Positions 63,376 through 64,000 of a DNA stretch of 64,000 bases are shown piece by piece. Below the pieces are notes generated by a model. That model worked only from the letters and a program-made list of their open reading frames with translations. It did no database searches and had not been told where the DNA came from. The first letter of the stretch is position 1; every line of letters begins with the position of its first letter. This DNA is from Podarcis filfolensis (lineage: Eukaryota), in assembly GCA_964270895.1 (NCBI GenBank), contig OZ185437.1; one strand, given 5' to 3'. The position numbers and the translations under genes are program-made.

Positions 63376-64000
63376 AAAAGTGCAATTCTCTCAGAACTGC
63401 TGTAATATGAGTTCTTTCTATCATATGTCATATGTCAATCTGCTACATTATGCACTGGTTGCTGCTTCTAAGTCCTTTTAAAGTATTTTTAGTCACAAAA
63501 CAGCCTATGCTGGATCACATCAAGGGATTATTTAATCCAGTGCTCTTCCTCCAAGATGCCCCCTACCTTGTGAAGGTCACAACTAGAGCAAAATCTAGCC
63601 ACTCACTGCTGCTACCCTCCAGTAATATATTACCTTTGAAATTGAATATTAGCAGTTATAGCCAAGAGGTACAGTCGGAGTCTTATTTCTAAATAAGGAT
63701 GCATAGGCTTGTACTATCAGAACTTGTTATATAAATCTTATACCTACTCATCATTTATATGTTTTGTTTCCTGACATTTTCATCCCACTCTTCTTTCAAG
63801 TAACTAAAGGTTTCCTGTGTGGAAAGATTTAAGGGGAGTGATATTGCTGGTCCAAGGTTTCCTGGTGAGCTTCATAGTTGAGCAGGGATTTAGAGACTCA
63901 TTGCCTTAGCTTAGTCTAACATTCTAACCGCTAGCTCTTAAATCCTGCCCATCTACAATGTATGCCAAGTACATGATATCTGTGTGTGCACCCAAGTTTG

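Noticed and set aside
1-64000. Most 60-120 aa ORFs in the supplied track; prokaryotic-type systems (CRISPR, operons)
   Set aside because: Sequence is spliced vertebrate DNA. The short ORFs are intronic, repeat-derived or antisense shadows of exons, and I saw no regularly spaced repeat-spacer array.

Overview
AT-rich squamate (most likely lacertid lizard) genomic DNA; the taxon is inferred from the Sauria SINE family and associated MITEs. Bases 689-40895 (+) hold 26 coding exons of CD109, the GPI-anchored thioester protein of the alpha-2-macroglobulin/C3 family. The gene is 5'-truncated by the window edge. All exons have GT-AG boundaries, their phases join into one open frame of about 1183 codons, and the frame includes the GCGEQ thioester, the catalytic His, the RRRR furin site and a GPI-type C-terminus. 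Introns and the 3' flank carry many transposable elements: five Sauria SINEs, tRNA-derived SINEs, CR1, L2, BovB and Penelope fragments, candidate solo LTRs, and Tc1/mariner- and hAT-type MITEs. The most interesting unexplained signal is downstream of CD109 on the minus strand (about 52.8-62.6 kb). It is a series of exon-like segments, two joined by a well-formed 101-nt intron, whose translations resemble a cyclic-nucleotide-binding domain (CNBD) but show apparent frameshifts and deletions. This is a candidate unannotated or decayed CNBD gene lying tail-to-tail with CD109, identified by motif recognition only and needing a profile search. All coordinates were counted by hand; repeat boundaries are approximate unless a target-site duplication (TSD) is given.
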